The notes under the pieces are model-generated. The model saw only the letters and a program-made list of their open reading frames with translations. It was not told the DNA's origin and made no database searches. This document shows, one piece after another, positions 42,964 through 54,995 of a stretch of 64,000 bases of DNA (positions within the stretch are counted from its first letter, which is position 1; each line of letters begins with the position of its first letter). Where the stretch lies: contig JAUCBJ010008293.1 of assembly GCA_032718475.1 (NCBI GenBank), forward strand, positions 1 to 64,000. Direction: 5' to 3'. Made by a program: the position numbers and the translations under genes. Source of the DNA: Nemertoderma westbladi (Eukaryota; Animalia; Xenacoelomorpha).

Positions 42964-43225
42964 TGAAGTTAATATGTTTATGTATGAAGTTAATATGTTT
43001 ATGTATGAAGTTAATATGTTTATGTATGAAGTTATGTTTATGTATGAAGTTATGTTTATGTATGAAGTTAATATGTTTATGTATGAAGTTAATATGTTTA
43101 TGTATGAAGTTAATATGTTTATGTATGAAGTTAATATGTTTATGTATGAAGTTAATATGTTTATGTATGAAGTTAATATGTTTATGTATGAAGTTAATAT
43201 GTTTATGTATGAAGTTAATATGTTT
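42964..43225. repeat. 21-bp tandem repeat (TGAAGTTAATATGTTTATGTA)
   Basis: About 12 near-identical units, two lacking 3 bp. Confidence 0.97.
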
Positions 43226-44017
43226 GCAACAATTCACCTCAAATATCTTGGTGTGGCTGGACATATGGACATTAATATTCATTTGGTTGGACATTAATAT
43301 TGTAGAGCTAAGGTAATCTTTGAGTATAATGTTCGTAAATTATAGTACTAAAGTAGATTAGTTTTCACAAATGTTGTGGATGGGACACATTCCCTTATTA
43401 TTACTTCAAAAGGTCATGACAGATTTTTGCTGAATTCTTTTTGTGGCACATTGGTTGGAATATTATTGTCGAATAAAATGAGCCATTACTCTGATATCTA
43501 TAAGAAATAAATGGCCATGAAATATGCAAATGTCCCGTCCGCAACGCGGTACAGATGAGATTTACACAGCGCACTTATAGTCAGTCAGAACGTTATTGTA
43601 ATACTAAATAATAATAATAAAAAGTTCATTCCGAAATTACGAAACGGTCGAAGGAGAAAAAAACCTTTTGTTTACAGATTAATATTTTGGAGGAATTTAT
43701 AAAATTATGTAATAGGAATTAACATATTGGAGTACCTAGGCTACCTTTAGCTTTGGTAATTAATTAAAACAACCAGACAGTAAGGAATATAGCTCCACCT
43801 AGCGGTACCAAAATTAATATTTAATGTCCCAGTTTCAGTTAGTTTGTTATTAACTTAATAACAGATTGTTTTTATCTAAGTATATCGCGACCAGGGTGTT
43901 GTAGTCCATCATAGTCCTCAGCGTTGTCATAGAAATAATAACAAAATACTCATTCTGGAATCTGAAACAACAACAACAACATCGGCTAATGAAAATATTT
44001 CGAAAAAATAATTTAAT

Positions 44018-46678
44018 AAATATATGGGAATATATATGGGAAAACAAATAAATAAATATATATATTGGAAAACAAATAAATAAATATATTGGAAAACAAA
44101 TAAATAAATATATTGGAAAACAAATAAATAAATATATTGGAAAACAAATAAATAAATATATGGGAAAACAAATAAATAAATATATGGGAAAAAAAAAAAA
44201 TATATTGGAAAACAAATAAATAAATATATGGGAAAACAAATAAATAAATATATGGGAAAACAAATAAATAAATATATGGGAAAACAAATAAATAAATATA
44301 TATATTGGAAAACAAATAAATAAATATATGGGAAAACAAATAAATAAATATAATGGAAAACAAATAAATAAATATATGGGAAAACAAATAAATAAATATA
44401 TGGGAAAACAAATAAAAAAATATATGGGAAAACAAATAAAAAAATATATGGGAAAACAAATAAAAAAATATATGGGAAAACAAATAAATAAAAATATGGG
44501 AAAACAAATAAATAAATATATGGGAAAACAAATAAATAAATATATGGGAAAACAAATAAATAAATATAATGGAAAACAAATAAATAAATATATGGGAAAA
44601 CAAATAAATAAATATATGGGAAAAAAAAAAATAAATATATGGGAAAACAAATAAATAAATATATGGGAAAACAAATAAATAAATATATGGGAAAACAAAT
44701 AAATAAATATATGGGAATACAAATAAATAAATATATGGGAAAAAAAAAAAATAAATATATGGGAAAACAAATAAATAAATATTTGGGAAAACAAATAAAT
44801 AAATATATTGGAAAACAAATAAATAAATATATGGGAAAACAAATAAAAAAATATATGGGAAAACAAATAAAAAAATATATGGGAAAACAAATAAAAAAAT
44901 ATATGGGAAAACAAATAAAAAAATATATGGGAAAACAAATAAATAAAAATATGGGAAAACAAATAAATAAATATATGGGAAAACAAATAAATAAATATAT
45001 GGGAAAACAAATAAATAAAAATATGGGAAAACAAATAAATAAATATATGGGAAAACAAATAAATAAATATATGGGAAAACAAATAAATAAATATATGGGA
45101 AAACAAATAAATAAATATTTGGGAAAACAAATAAATAAATATATTGGAAAACAAATAAATAAATATATGGGAAAACAAATAAATAAATATATTGGAAAAC
45201 AAATAAATAAATATATGGGAAAACAAATAAAAAAATATATGGGAAAACAAATAAAAAAATATATGGGAAAACAAATAAAAAAATATATGGGAAAACAAAT
45301 AAATAAATATATGGGAAAACAAATAAAAAAATATATGGGAAAACAAATAAAAAAATATATGGGAAAACAAATAAAAAAATATATGGGAAAACAAATAAAA
45401 AAATATATGGGAAAACAAATAAATAAAAATATGGGAAAACAAATAAATAAATATATGGGAAAACAAATAAATAAATATTTGGGAAAACAAATAAATAAAT
45501 ATATTGGAAAACAAATAAATAAATATATGGGAAAACAAATAAATAAATATATTGGAAAACAAATAAATAAATATATGGGAAAACAAATAAATAAATATAT
45601 TGGAAAACAAATAAATAAATATATGGGAAAACAAATAAAAAAATATATGGGAAAACAAATAAAAAAATATATGGGAAAACAAATAAAAAAATATATGGGA
45701 AAACAAATAAAAAAATATATGGGAAAACAAATAAATAAATATATGGGAAAACAAATAAATAAATATATGGGAATACAAATAAATAAATATATGGGAAAAA
45801 AAATAAATAAATATATGGGAAAACAAATAAATAAATATTTGGGAAAACAAATAAATAAATATATGGGAAAACAAATAAATAAATATATTGGAAAACAAAT
45901 AAATAAATATATGGGAAAACAAATAAAAAAATATATGGGAAAACAAATAAAAAAATATATGGGAAAACAAATAAAAAAATATATGGGAAAACAAATAAAA
46001 AAATATATGGGAAAACAAATAAATAAAAATATGGGAAAACAAATAAATAAATATATGGGAAAAAAAATAAATAAATATATGGGAAAACAAATAAATAAAT
46101 ATATGGGAAAACAAATAAATAAATATATGGGAAAACAAATAAATAAATATATGGGAAAACAAATAAATAAATATATGGGAAAACAAATAAATAAATATAT
46201 GGGAAAACAAATAAATAAATATATGGGAAAACAAATAAATAAATATATGGGAAAACAAATAAATAAATATATGGGAAAACAAATAAAAAAATATATGGGA
46301 AAACAAATAAAAAAATATATGGGAAAACAAATAAAAAAATATATGGGAAAACAAATAAAAAAATATATGGGAAAACAAATAAATAAATATATGGGAAAAC
46401 AAATAAATAAATATATGGGAAAACAAATAAATAAATATATGGGAAAACAAATAAATAAATATATGGGAAAACAAATAAATAAATATATGGGAAAACAAAT
46501 AAATAAATATATGGGAAAACAAATAAATAAATATATGGGAAAACAAATAAATAAATATATGGGAAAACAAATAAATAAATATATGGGAAAACAAATAAAT
46601 AAATATATGGGAAAACAAATAAATAAATATATGGGAAAACAAATAAATAAATATATGGGAAAACAAATAAATAAATAT
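44018..46678. repeat. 24-bp AT-rich minisatellite (ATATGGGAAAACAAATAAATAAAT)
   Basis: About 110 tandem units. Confidence 0.98.
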
Positions 46679-46732
46679 AAAATAAATCCTATCTGGACAA
46701 TAACTGCACAGTTATTATATATATATAACTAC

Positions 46733-48173
46733 CCCCCGCAACCTCCCAACCTACCGATACAGTTTCACCACCGACGATGTCTCTCCCTCGACCGACTCCC
46801 CGCAACCTCCCAACCTACGGATACAGTTTCACCACCGACGATGTCTCTCCCTCGACCGACAACCTCCCAACCTACCGATACAGTTTCACCACCGACGATG
46901 TCTCTCCCTCGACCGACAACCTCCCAACCTACCTATACAGTTTCACCACCGACGATGTCTCTCCCTCGACCGACTCCCCGCAACCTCCCAACCTACCTAT
47001 ACAGTTTCACCACCGACGATGTCTCTCCCTCGACCGACTCCCCGCAACCTCCCAACCTACCGATACAGTTTCACCACCGACGATGTCTCTCCCTCGACCG
47101 ACTCCCCGCAACCTCCCAACCTACCGATACAGTTTCACCACCGACGATGTTTCTCCCTCGACCGACAACCTCCCAACCTACCGATACAGTTTCACCACCG
47201 ACGATGTCTCTCCCTCGACCGACAACCTCCCAACCTACCGATACAGTTTCACCACCGACGATGTCTCTCCCTCGACCGACAACCTCCCAACCTACCTATA
47301 CAGTTTCACCACCGACGATGTCTCTCCCTCGACCGACAACCTCCCAACCTACCGATACAGTTTCACCACCGACGATGTCTCTCCCTCGACCGACAACCTC
47401 CCAACCTACCTATACAGTTTCACCACCGACGATGTCTCTCCCTCGACCGACAACCTCCCAACCTACCGATACAGTTTCACCACCGACGATGTCTCTCCCT
47501 CGACCGACAACCTCCCAACCTACCTATACAGTTTCACCACCGACGATGTCTCTCCCTCGACCGACTCCCCGCAACCTCCCAACCTACCGATACAGTTTCA
47601 CCACCGCCGATGTCTCTCCCTCGACCGACAACCTCCCAACCTACCGATACAGTTTCACCACCGACGATGTCTCTCCCTCGACCGACAACCTCCCAACCTA
47701 CCTATACAGTTTCACCACCGACGATGTCTCTCCCTCGACCGACTCCCCGCAACCTCCCAACCTACCGATACAGTTTCACCACCGACGATGTCTCTCCCTC
47801 GACCGACAACCTCCCAACCTACCGATACAGTTTCACCACCGACGATGTCTCTCCCTCGACCGACTCCCCGCAACCTCCCAACCTACCGATACAGTTTCAC
47901 CACCGACGATGTCTCTCCCTCGACCGACAACCTCCCAACCTACCTATACAGTTTCACCACCGACGATGTCTCTCCCTCGACCGACTCCCCGCAACCTCCC
48001 AACCTACCGATACAGTTTCACCACCGACGATGTCTCTCCCTCGACCGACAACCTCCCAACCTACCTATACAGTTTCACCACCGACGATGTCTCTCCCTCG
48101 ACCGACTCCCCGCAACCTCCCAACCTACCGATACAGTTTCACCACCGACGATGTCTCTCCCTCGACCGACTCC
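46733..48173. repeat. 57/64-bp minisatellite overlapping the LUC7L3 C-terminus and stop codon
   Basis: Unit aacctcccaacctaccgatacagtttcaccaccgacgatgtctctccctcgaccgac (57 bp) with or without tccccgc (64 bp); about 24 copies. Confidence 0.95.
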
Positions 48174-48366
48174 GTCTCCTATTGTCTCTCCTCCGTCGAT
48201 CCTCCTTTGATCTCCCACCTCGCTCCCTCGACCTGCTCCTTCTACGAGGGGAGCGCCGCTCCCAGGAGCTGCGACTGTGACGATCGCGGGAACGGTGTCT
48301 TCGATTATCTTCGGAATGGTTTCGTCGATCTTCGGAGACTTTTATCTGACTTTTTGTTACCTCGAC
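48139..48366 (-). CDS. LUC7L3: LUC7-like 3, exon 4 (RS domain)
   Basis: Acceptor tttcctttag, phase 0: VEVTKSQIKVSEDRRNHSEDNRRHRSRDRHSRSSWERRSPRRRSRSRER...RRRSRSRERHRRW*. Absent from the ORF track because it has no start codon. Confidence 0.85.
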   Translation of the reverse strand, partial: VEVTKSQIKVSEDRRNHSEDNRRHRSRDRHSRSSWERRSPRRRSRSRERGGRSKEDRRRRDNRRRSRSRERHRRW

Positions 48367-48637
48367 CTAAAGGAAACAAGCAAAAACTTAAAATATTGTC
48401 TTTCCATCATTAAAATATTTTGCACGCTGCTCAATTCTGGTCAGTAAATATTTAATGCGTGGCATTGTTAACTAAAGCTCGAAATATATTAATAATTAAT
48501 AAAGAATGGAAAAAGTATAAGTATCCAAATTTTTTTTTAATTACATTAAAAGCAAAAGAATTTGTTTTGAATAAAAAATAATACAACACAATTGTTTTAG
48601 ACTTTAAAAAGTTGTGAGAATAATGTAAAATTCTAAA

Positions 48638-49014
48638 GTTTAAACGGAATCCCCATCCCGTAAAATCGGGATCCCGGATAAAAATGCAATACCGATCCCG
48701 ACTTTTTGTGTAAGGGGATCCCGAAGTATAAATAGTGAAGTAAATTTGTTGAATATCTGATAAATAGTTCCAGCAGAACGGGAGTGTTTTAATTATATCG
48801 AATTTTATGTCAGTAAACCAGCCAGTAATCAATTGAAAAATATTTTTAATAAATATAACTTTATCTTTCAGAAGTGTACGTGTACGATAAAGTCAGCCAA
48901 AACCAGCCACATACTTATAACTTCAAGCAGTTTAAGGAATTTAATCAGAATCAGTTTCCCGAAGGGTCCAATCCCGGTCCCGATCCCTAAAAGTCTGATC
49001 CCGTTTAAACACTA
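48638..49014. mobile_element. MITE with cgggatccc subterminal motifs
   Basis: gtttaaacggaatccc ... gatcccgtttaaac inverted ends. Confidence 0.5.
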
Positions 49015-49474
49015 GCACATTGAACAGTTTGGTGACGCATATTGGAATATATACTACATTTGAACAAACACCACATCCCGGAATATAATACTGTTAGCTG
49101 AGATATGGGCGGAGATATATAAACATTTAGTAGTTCCAGCAGAATTTTTGTTTAAGGTACAATAAATTTAACTTGTTGTTCATCGGTTGTTTTTACGCCT
49201 TAGACTAAAATAACATTAATAATTTTTTAGAACGCATTGCTATGAAATTGTCGAATAATTTTTAGGGTTATATGTTAGATGGGTTTTCCAAATGAATGAA
49301 ACTTTACTCAAAATGATTTAAGATATTAGCAAAAGCACTGGTCTCCAGTCTTTCCCACCAAGCTCTCTGTTTTTCAAATTTCATGTAATATAAATCAATC
49401 TCGTAGATTTGCGGAGGGTTTTCGCATATAAAGATATATTCCAGGATATGGCGTAGTGCCAACATGATTGTACA

Positions 49475-50610
49475 GCGTGGGGCGAGCCACAAAGTCAAGG
49501 TGAGCCTTAGGGATAACGGTGAAATTAGAGGACCGTCAATCGTCGTCACTTAAACGCTAATAAGTCGGTCAATCTTTGGTGAGATGGAACCAAACTTTGT
49601 ACACATAATCTATCTATATTATTATTATTGTTATTTATTTTATTGCCTGAAACTCAAAAGTAAAATTTTGAGGCAGCGCGGTGAGCCGTTGTAGCCGACA
49701 CTGATTGGCTGCAATAAACGTCAGCAGACTCTCCGGATCTACTACTACGATCGGCATGCTGCATTATATATATATTATATATATATATAAAGAATGCTGT
49801 GCCGGCTTGTCGACCAAATTGCGCCGCCACAACTCCCTATCACCCATGACATTTGCTAGATCATCCGCATCTTCAAGGCCAGTGTCCTTTAAGATGCGTC
49901 TCAAGAAAGTCATGGGCTGTCCACCATGCTTATTCACTCCATGAGGCTGCCAAAGTACAAGATTTTGCACTGGCTGGTCCTCACGGCGATAGCAATGTCC
50001 TGCAAAGCGGAAGCGATTTTGTTCTAGTGTCAAGCTTGGGGGAACCAATGAGACACCTCCAATGTTATATAGTGTCTGGTTGGAGATGTGTGCATTGTAC
50101 TTGATACAATGAACCCGGCGTAGCATTCTTGTGAATGTGCCATCCAGAGATTTGGTGTCCTCAGCAGTTAGAGCCCAGCATGGACTCCCATAGAGGAGTA
50201 CTGGTACTACTGCTGCTCTAAATAACCGGACTTTAAGTTTCCGATTAATTCTCGGTGACTTCCAAATCCTGGAAAGCCTATTCAAGGCTGCCCATGCCTT
50301 TCCCTTACGTATTCGAAGGTCCTCACCTGATCTACAGATTTAATCTAACCGCTTCGCAGGATATCGCTTTCACCGTGAGGACCAGCCAGTTCCGATATCC
50401 TGACTTTCATGAGACGCCTCTTAAAGGACACTGCAATAATCTCGCAAAATTCACTGCGTAGTTGTGGCGGTTGCAGTACAATTTTTTTTGTTAAGCCTGC
50501 ATAGTGATCTCGTTTATATTTATATAGTTCCTCGATAGACGGTCCTTAAATCGTACCGCTATGCTAAGGCTCTTCTAGACTACGTGCTGCGCGAAGGCCT
50601 CAAGAACATG
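49475..50610 (+). mobile_element. HINE-like element interrupted by an RTE
   Basis: 5' gtggggcgagccac..gagccttag; 3' ctaaggctc (inverted subTIR) followed by cgtgctgcgcgaaggcc. Confidence 0.6.
49743..50328 (-). mobile_element. 5'-truncated RTE-clade LINE copy
   Basis: Near-identical to 30342-30920; (TAG)n tail; TSD GATCTAC (49736-49742, 50329-50335). Confidence 0.93.
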
Positions 50611-51219
50611 TTCAATATGTCTGTTATGTATTACGGTAGAATCTATATCAATATGTACTGTACGAAGTTCTCTTTGGAGGTTCATGTATCTGTATTGTAC
50701 AGACTGAATTAATAGAGGCAAATTAGATTATAATTTGTACGATAGGCGAGTAAAGAAATGATAAATTGGAAGTGAATTGTTAAAAAAAAAATTAGATAGA
50801 CTCCATTCTACCCATTTATTCAATTTATAACAGCCTATAGAGAATAAAATAGAAGCTCGTATTGGGTACCTGAAGCCAAACTGTTGATGAATACGATGTT
50901 GTCTTTAACAATATCAGAAGCCATATCATCATCATCTTCTTAACTTCTCTTTAGACACTGGATTAAACATTTGCTCCCAAGGTTCAAGATTATTTAGACT
51001 GATATATTTACCCACCTTTACACTGGAGTCACTCGGCTACCAGTTCTGTTCCCATGGAGACTTATGTAAACAACACGAACAAATATTATGTGTGTTCTCT
51101 ATAATTGACTACAATAGGCATAAAACGCTAAAATTGTAATATTATTATTAATTAAATAAGTAATTATTACACCAATATATAATACTGTAGTTAGTTATTT
51201 ATTTTCATATTATTATAAA

Positions 51220-51325
51220 ATTTGTTGGGCACAGCAAGTCGGCAATGACGTCCAGATGGGATCGAACTGGTGACCTCCGGGTTGGAAGACTATGGCACTC
51301 TAACCATCTGCTGCCACTGCGCTCA
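51220..51325 (-). mobile_element. tRNA-derived SINE head (tRNA-Gly(TCC)-like)
   Basis: gcgcagtggcagcagatggttagag...cttccaa...agttcgatccc; stems do not close into a cloverleaf. Confidence 0.55.
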
Positions 51326-51393
51326 ACCCTACTGCAGTAGTCGTCTTAACAACGAAGTAACTTAAGTACGTCTTTAACAACTCGCTACAATGA

Positions 51394-51818
51394 AGGGGTA
51401 GCGTATAACGAAACGAAAATAAGCATATTTGGCAATAACGAAACGAATAAATAACGTAACGAAAAAACGAAGTAAAACTGTTTCGTTAAATTAAAAAGTT
51501 ATTAATCATTATGATATAAATTTATTAATATATAAAAATAATTGAAAAATAATAAATAATAATATGATATGATATTATCTTTAATAGTTGTAGGTTGTAG
51601 AAAGTATTTCCTTTAATTAATACAGCCAACCTTTATTGCCCACCAGGTTCTCCTTTATACCACTGCAATGGAACAGCCTAGAGCGGACTACTACAGTAGA
51701 ACTGTAATAAGGAACTAAGGCAATACTGATAGTAAATTAGTACCGGTACTACACCCAATAGAGCAACTGGTATACCTGGTATTCCATCTGCCGGGACGTT
51801 ACGTATGTTATATACCAG

Positions 51819-51850
<32 letters not shown>

Positions 51851-52996
51851 ATATACCAGTATATATAGTGTAAAAACCTAAAAGGAGACAAACCGCAAAA
51901 AGTTGTGAGGTGTCAACGGTACCGGTACCGGTTAGCGGTGTACCGGTACCGGTTAGCGGTGTACAGGTACCGGTTAGCGGTGTACCGGTACCGGTTGGCG
52001 GTGTACCGGTACCGGTTGGCGGTGTACCGGTACCGGTTAGTGGTGTACCGGTACCGGTTAGCGGTGTACCGGTACCGGTTAGCGGTGTACCGGTACCGGT
52101 TAGCGGTATACCGGTACCGGTTAGCGGTGTACCGGTACCGGTTAGCGGTGTACCGGTACCGGTTAGCGGTGTACCGGTACCGGTGTACCGGTACCGGTTA
52201 GCGGTGTACCGGTACCGGTTAGCGGTGTACCGGTACCGGTGTACCGGTACCGGTTAGCGGTGTACCGGTACCGGTTAGCGGTGTACCGGTACCGGTTAGC
52301 GGTGTACCGGTACCGGTTAGCGGTGTACAGGTACCGGTTAGCGGTGTACCGGTACCGGTGTACCGGTATCGGTTAGCGGTGTACCGGCACCGGTTAGCGG
52401 TGTACCGGTACCGGTTAGCGGTGTACCGGTACCGGTTAGCGGTGTACCGGTACCGGTTAGCGGTGTACCGGTACCGGTTAGCGGTGTACAGGTACCGGTT
52501 AGCGGTGTACCGGTACCGGTATCGGTTAGCGGTGTACCGGCACCGGTTAGCGGAGTACCGGTACCGGTTAGCGGTGTACCGGTACCGGTTAGCGGTGTAC
52601 AGGTACCGGTTAGCGGTGTACCGGTACCGGTTAGCGGTGTACCGGTACCGGTTAGCGGTGTACCGGTACCGGTTAGCGGTGTACCGGTACCGGTTAGCGG
52701 TGTACCGGTACCGGTTAGCGGTGTACCGGTACCGGTTAGCGGTGTACCGGTATATTGATAGAATTAATGTACTACATTATACTATATTGTATTCTGTATT
52801 GTAAACTTTTATTTTATAAAATTAAAATTTTACAACAAAACGAAACTAAAATAAAAACGAATTAATCTGCGATAAGAAACCAAAAATTCATAGATTGAAA
52901 AAAAAACGAAACGAATATATATATATATTTGATTGGATTTGTAAAAACGAAACGAAATACAAATTTCTTACGTTTCGTTTCGTTATGCCATCCCTG
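51394..52996. mobile_element. hAT-like MITE hosting a minisatellite
   Basis: aggggtagcgtataacgaaacgaaa ... tttcgtttcgttatgccatccctg; many aacgaaa subrepeats; no TSD seen. Confidence 0.5.
51917..52752. repeat. 21-bp minisatellite with palindromic core (GTACCGGTACCGGTTAGCGGT)
   Basis: About 40 units containing ACCGGTACCGGT. Confidence 0.97.
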
Positions 52997-53298
52997 GTGA
53001 AATTTAACCACGAACCATCACAGCCACAATGATTAATTAATTAAACACTCTAACTACTAATTTAGGAGGACTGTTACACCCATAGAGAAATGCGACCGGT
53101 TATTTTTTTTAAATTCATTAAACTGGTGTTTAGTGTGAATGAGTGGTTTCATATTAAGTTGGGAACAGCTTAACAAACTCTAAAAACTATATAAGTAACT
53201 TATTATTATGAATTAGAAATTATTCTATCGGATATATATTATATACCTGAGGAGATGACGAGTAGCCAAGCAACCGGAGCCCCGCGTTACATACTCAC

Positions 53299-53640
53299 CT
53301 TGGCAGCATCGGAGGTCGCCGTCCCTCTACCACCACCATCGCGGGTATCCGTCGCCCCGTACAACTCTAACCTCAACTCCCGGGCGCTTTTACGCAGCAT
53401 ATCGAACCCGATGTGTTGCTTCCCGTTGGCGTGGTCGTCCACGCGGGTCGGCGCGTCGTTCATCACCAGGAAACAGCCGCACACCTCGCAGACCTCCATC
53501 AGTTTGGTCTGGTTGGTGTACTTCTCGTCGGTGGCCTGTTGTCGCTCTCTCGCTTTCAGCAGATGGTCGCACTCTGACAGCTTCTGTTGGGCGGCGTCGA
53601 CTAGACCATCGGAACCCAGACGTTCCACATCGTCGAGAAT
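53299..53640 (-). CDS. LUC7L3: LUC7-like 3, exon 3 (second zinc finger)
   Basis: MEVCEVCGCFLVMNDAPTRVDDHANGKQHIGF; acceptor gtttag at 53641; donor AAG|GTGAGT; 342 nt, phase 0-0. Confidence 0.93.
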
Positions 53641-53752
53641 CTAAACGCCAACAACGGGCTATCAGTATCTATAGTAACTGAGTAAAAATACAAAGACGGC
53701 TGGTAGCTATACTGCTATAGTAACTGAAAACCGAGTAAACAAACAAACTAAC

Positions 53753-53900
53753 ATCTTGTATTTTAGTCTGCAACACATCGGACTGCGGTTCCTTCCTCCC
53801 GTCAGGAGTTCTCACCAAGGCTGTTGAACCGCACAATCTCAGCCTTTCCTGCCCCTGTCTAATACGGCCGTCGCATTTGCTGATAATGCTCTGTATAAAT
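53753..53900 (-). CDS. LUC7L3: LUC7-like 3, exon 2
   Basis: (R)FIQSIISKCDGRIRQGQERLRL...KIQD; acceptor ccccatag; donor GAT|GTTAGT; 148 nt, phase 2-0. Confidence 0.9.
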
Positions 53901-54346
53901 CTATGGGGATTACAAATATTATAGAATAAAAATTGGGTAGACCTAAAATGTTGCAGTGTTATTATGGAAAGGAGCAGGTTACAGTGGCACGTTATTTTAA
54001 CCAAAACAATTAACTAAACACAATAGAACAGGTTACAGTTTTATTTTTGAGAGTTTATCAGCTGTTATTTGCGTCGAAATTCCCCTATTTAGTAGCCTAC
54101 AGTCTGACAGTAGTCTGGTAGTACAGTAGTACAGTACCGGTAGTACAGTACTGTTGTAGTGTTGCTGTATTGCCTCCCCAAAATGCCAGTGGAGCGATCA
54201 GACGATTACAGGATTAGGCCTACAGGAGTGGACAATTGCAGAATTGAACGTTGAAAGGCCTGTTCTCCTTGAAGAAAGAACCGACAAGTGGACAGACCAG
54301 TAAGTCAGTAAGTGGGAAGTGCGGTCTGGTCTGTTTACAGTCTAAC

Positions 54347-54609
54347 CTGAGAAAATCGTCCTCATAACGAAGACGTTTGTACCGAGAACTCTTCTTATAT
54401 TCTTCAACCAGTGCTGGGTCGTGGACCAGAGGACATGGCCCGAGGTCGCTTTTCGTGTTATTGAATAATGACATTGGACAATATGCTACCAGAAAGTATT
54501 TGCAAACACTCTCATCATCAAACCCAATCTTATAACCTTCTTCATTAGGAAGCAGGTTTCGGTTGGTTCCCATCAATTCATTTAGCAAATCTCGCGCTGC
54601 GTCACACAT
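54347..54609 (-). CDS. LUC7L3: LUC7-like 3, exon 1 (first zinc finger)
   Basis: MCDAARDLLNELMGTNRN...VCKYFLVAYCPMSLFNNTKSDLGPCPLVHD...YEDDFLR. SDLGPC and GKQH patterns fit LUC7L3 rather than LUC7L/L2. Donor AG|GTTAGA. Confidence 0.93.
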
Positions 54610-54815
54610 TGTGTGATTTTACAAGAATATTAACAGTAACAATAAACATCTGAACATAAATGAATACTGCTGTACTGGAATACTGTAGGCGTATTACTGT
54701 ACTATAATATTAGGAGAGGCCTATAGCTGTAGGACAGTAGGATAGTTAAAACTTCTCTGTCTTTATCTGATCAGCTGATATAACGGATGACGGTATCTGA
54801 TACTTCGCGCTTGTT

Positions 54816-54995
54816 CCACCTTGGTGCAGTGCCATCTTGGTGTAGTGGTTAGATTGAATTCATATCTCTGTGAGGTTGTGGATTCAACCCCCGCATGGGG
54901 GCCAAGGTAGTTTTCGTTTCGGCACGAATGTCTTGAAGGGTTTAGCCAGGCATCTCCTCTGCCTTGCCGTGCCTTGCCCTTAAATGGTTGCAAAA
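54816..54995 (+). mobile_element. tRNA-derived SINE family A, second copy (3'-truncated)
   Basis: Homologous to 12411-12560; lies about 200 bp upstream of the LUC7L3 ATG. Confidence 0.75.

Noticed and set aside
43850-48413. 938-aa and 1213-aa ORFs and mucin-like ORFs
   Set aside because: Products of the 24-bp and 57/64-bp arrays; the real coding frame is the minus-strand LUC7L3 exon.
50868-50960. Extra LUC7L3 exon (EDDDDMASDIVKDN...)
   Set aside because: No in-phase acceptor without a stop; exons 3 and 4 already join in phase 0.
51220-51325. Functional tRNA gene (also 12411, 54830, 60700, 60911)
   Set aside because: A/B boxes are present but acceptor and anticodon stems do not pair; better explained as SINE heads.
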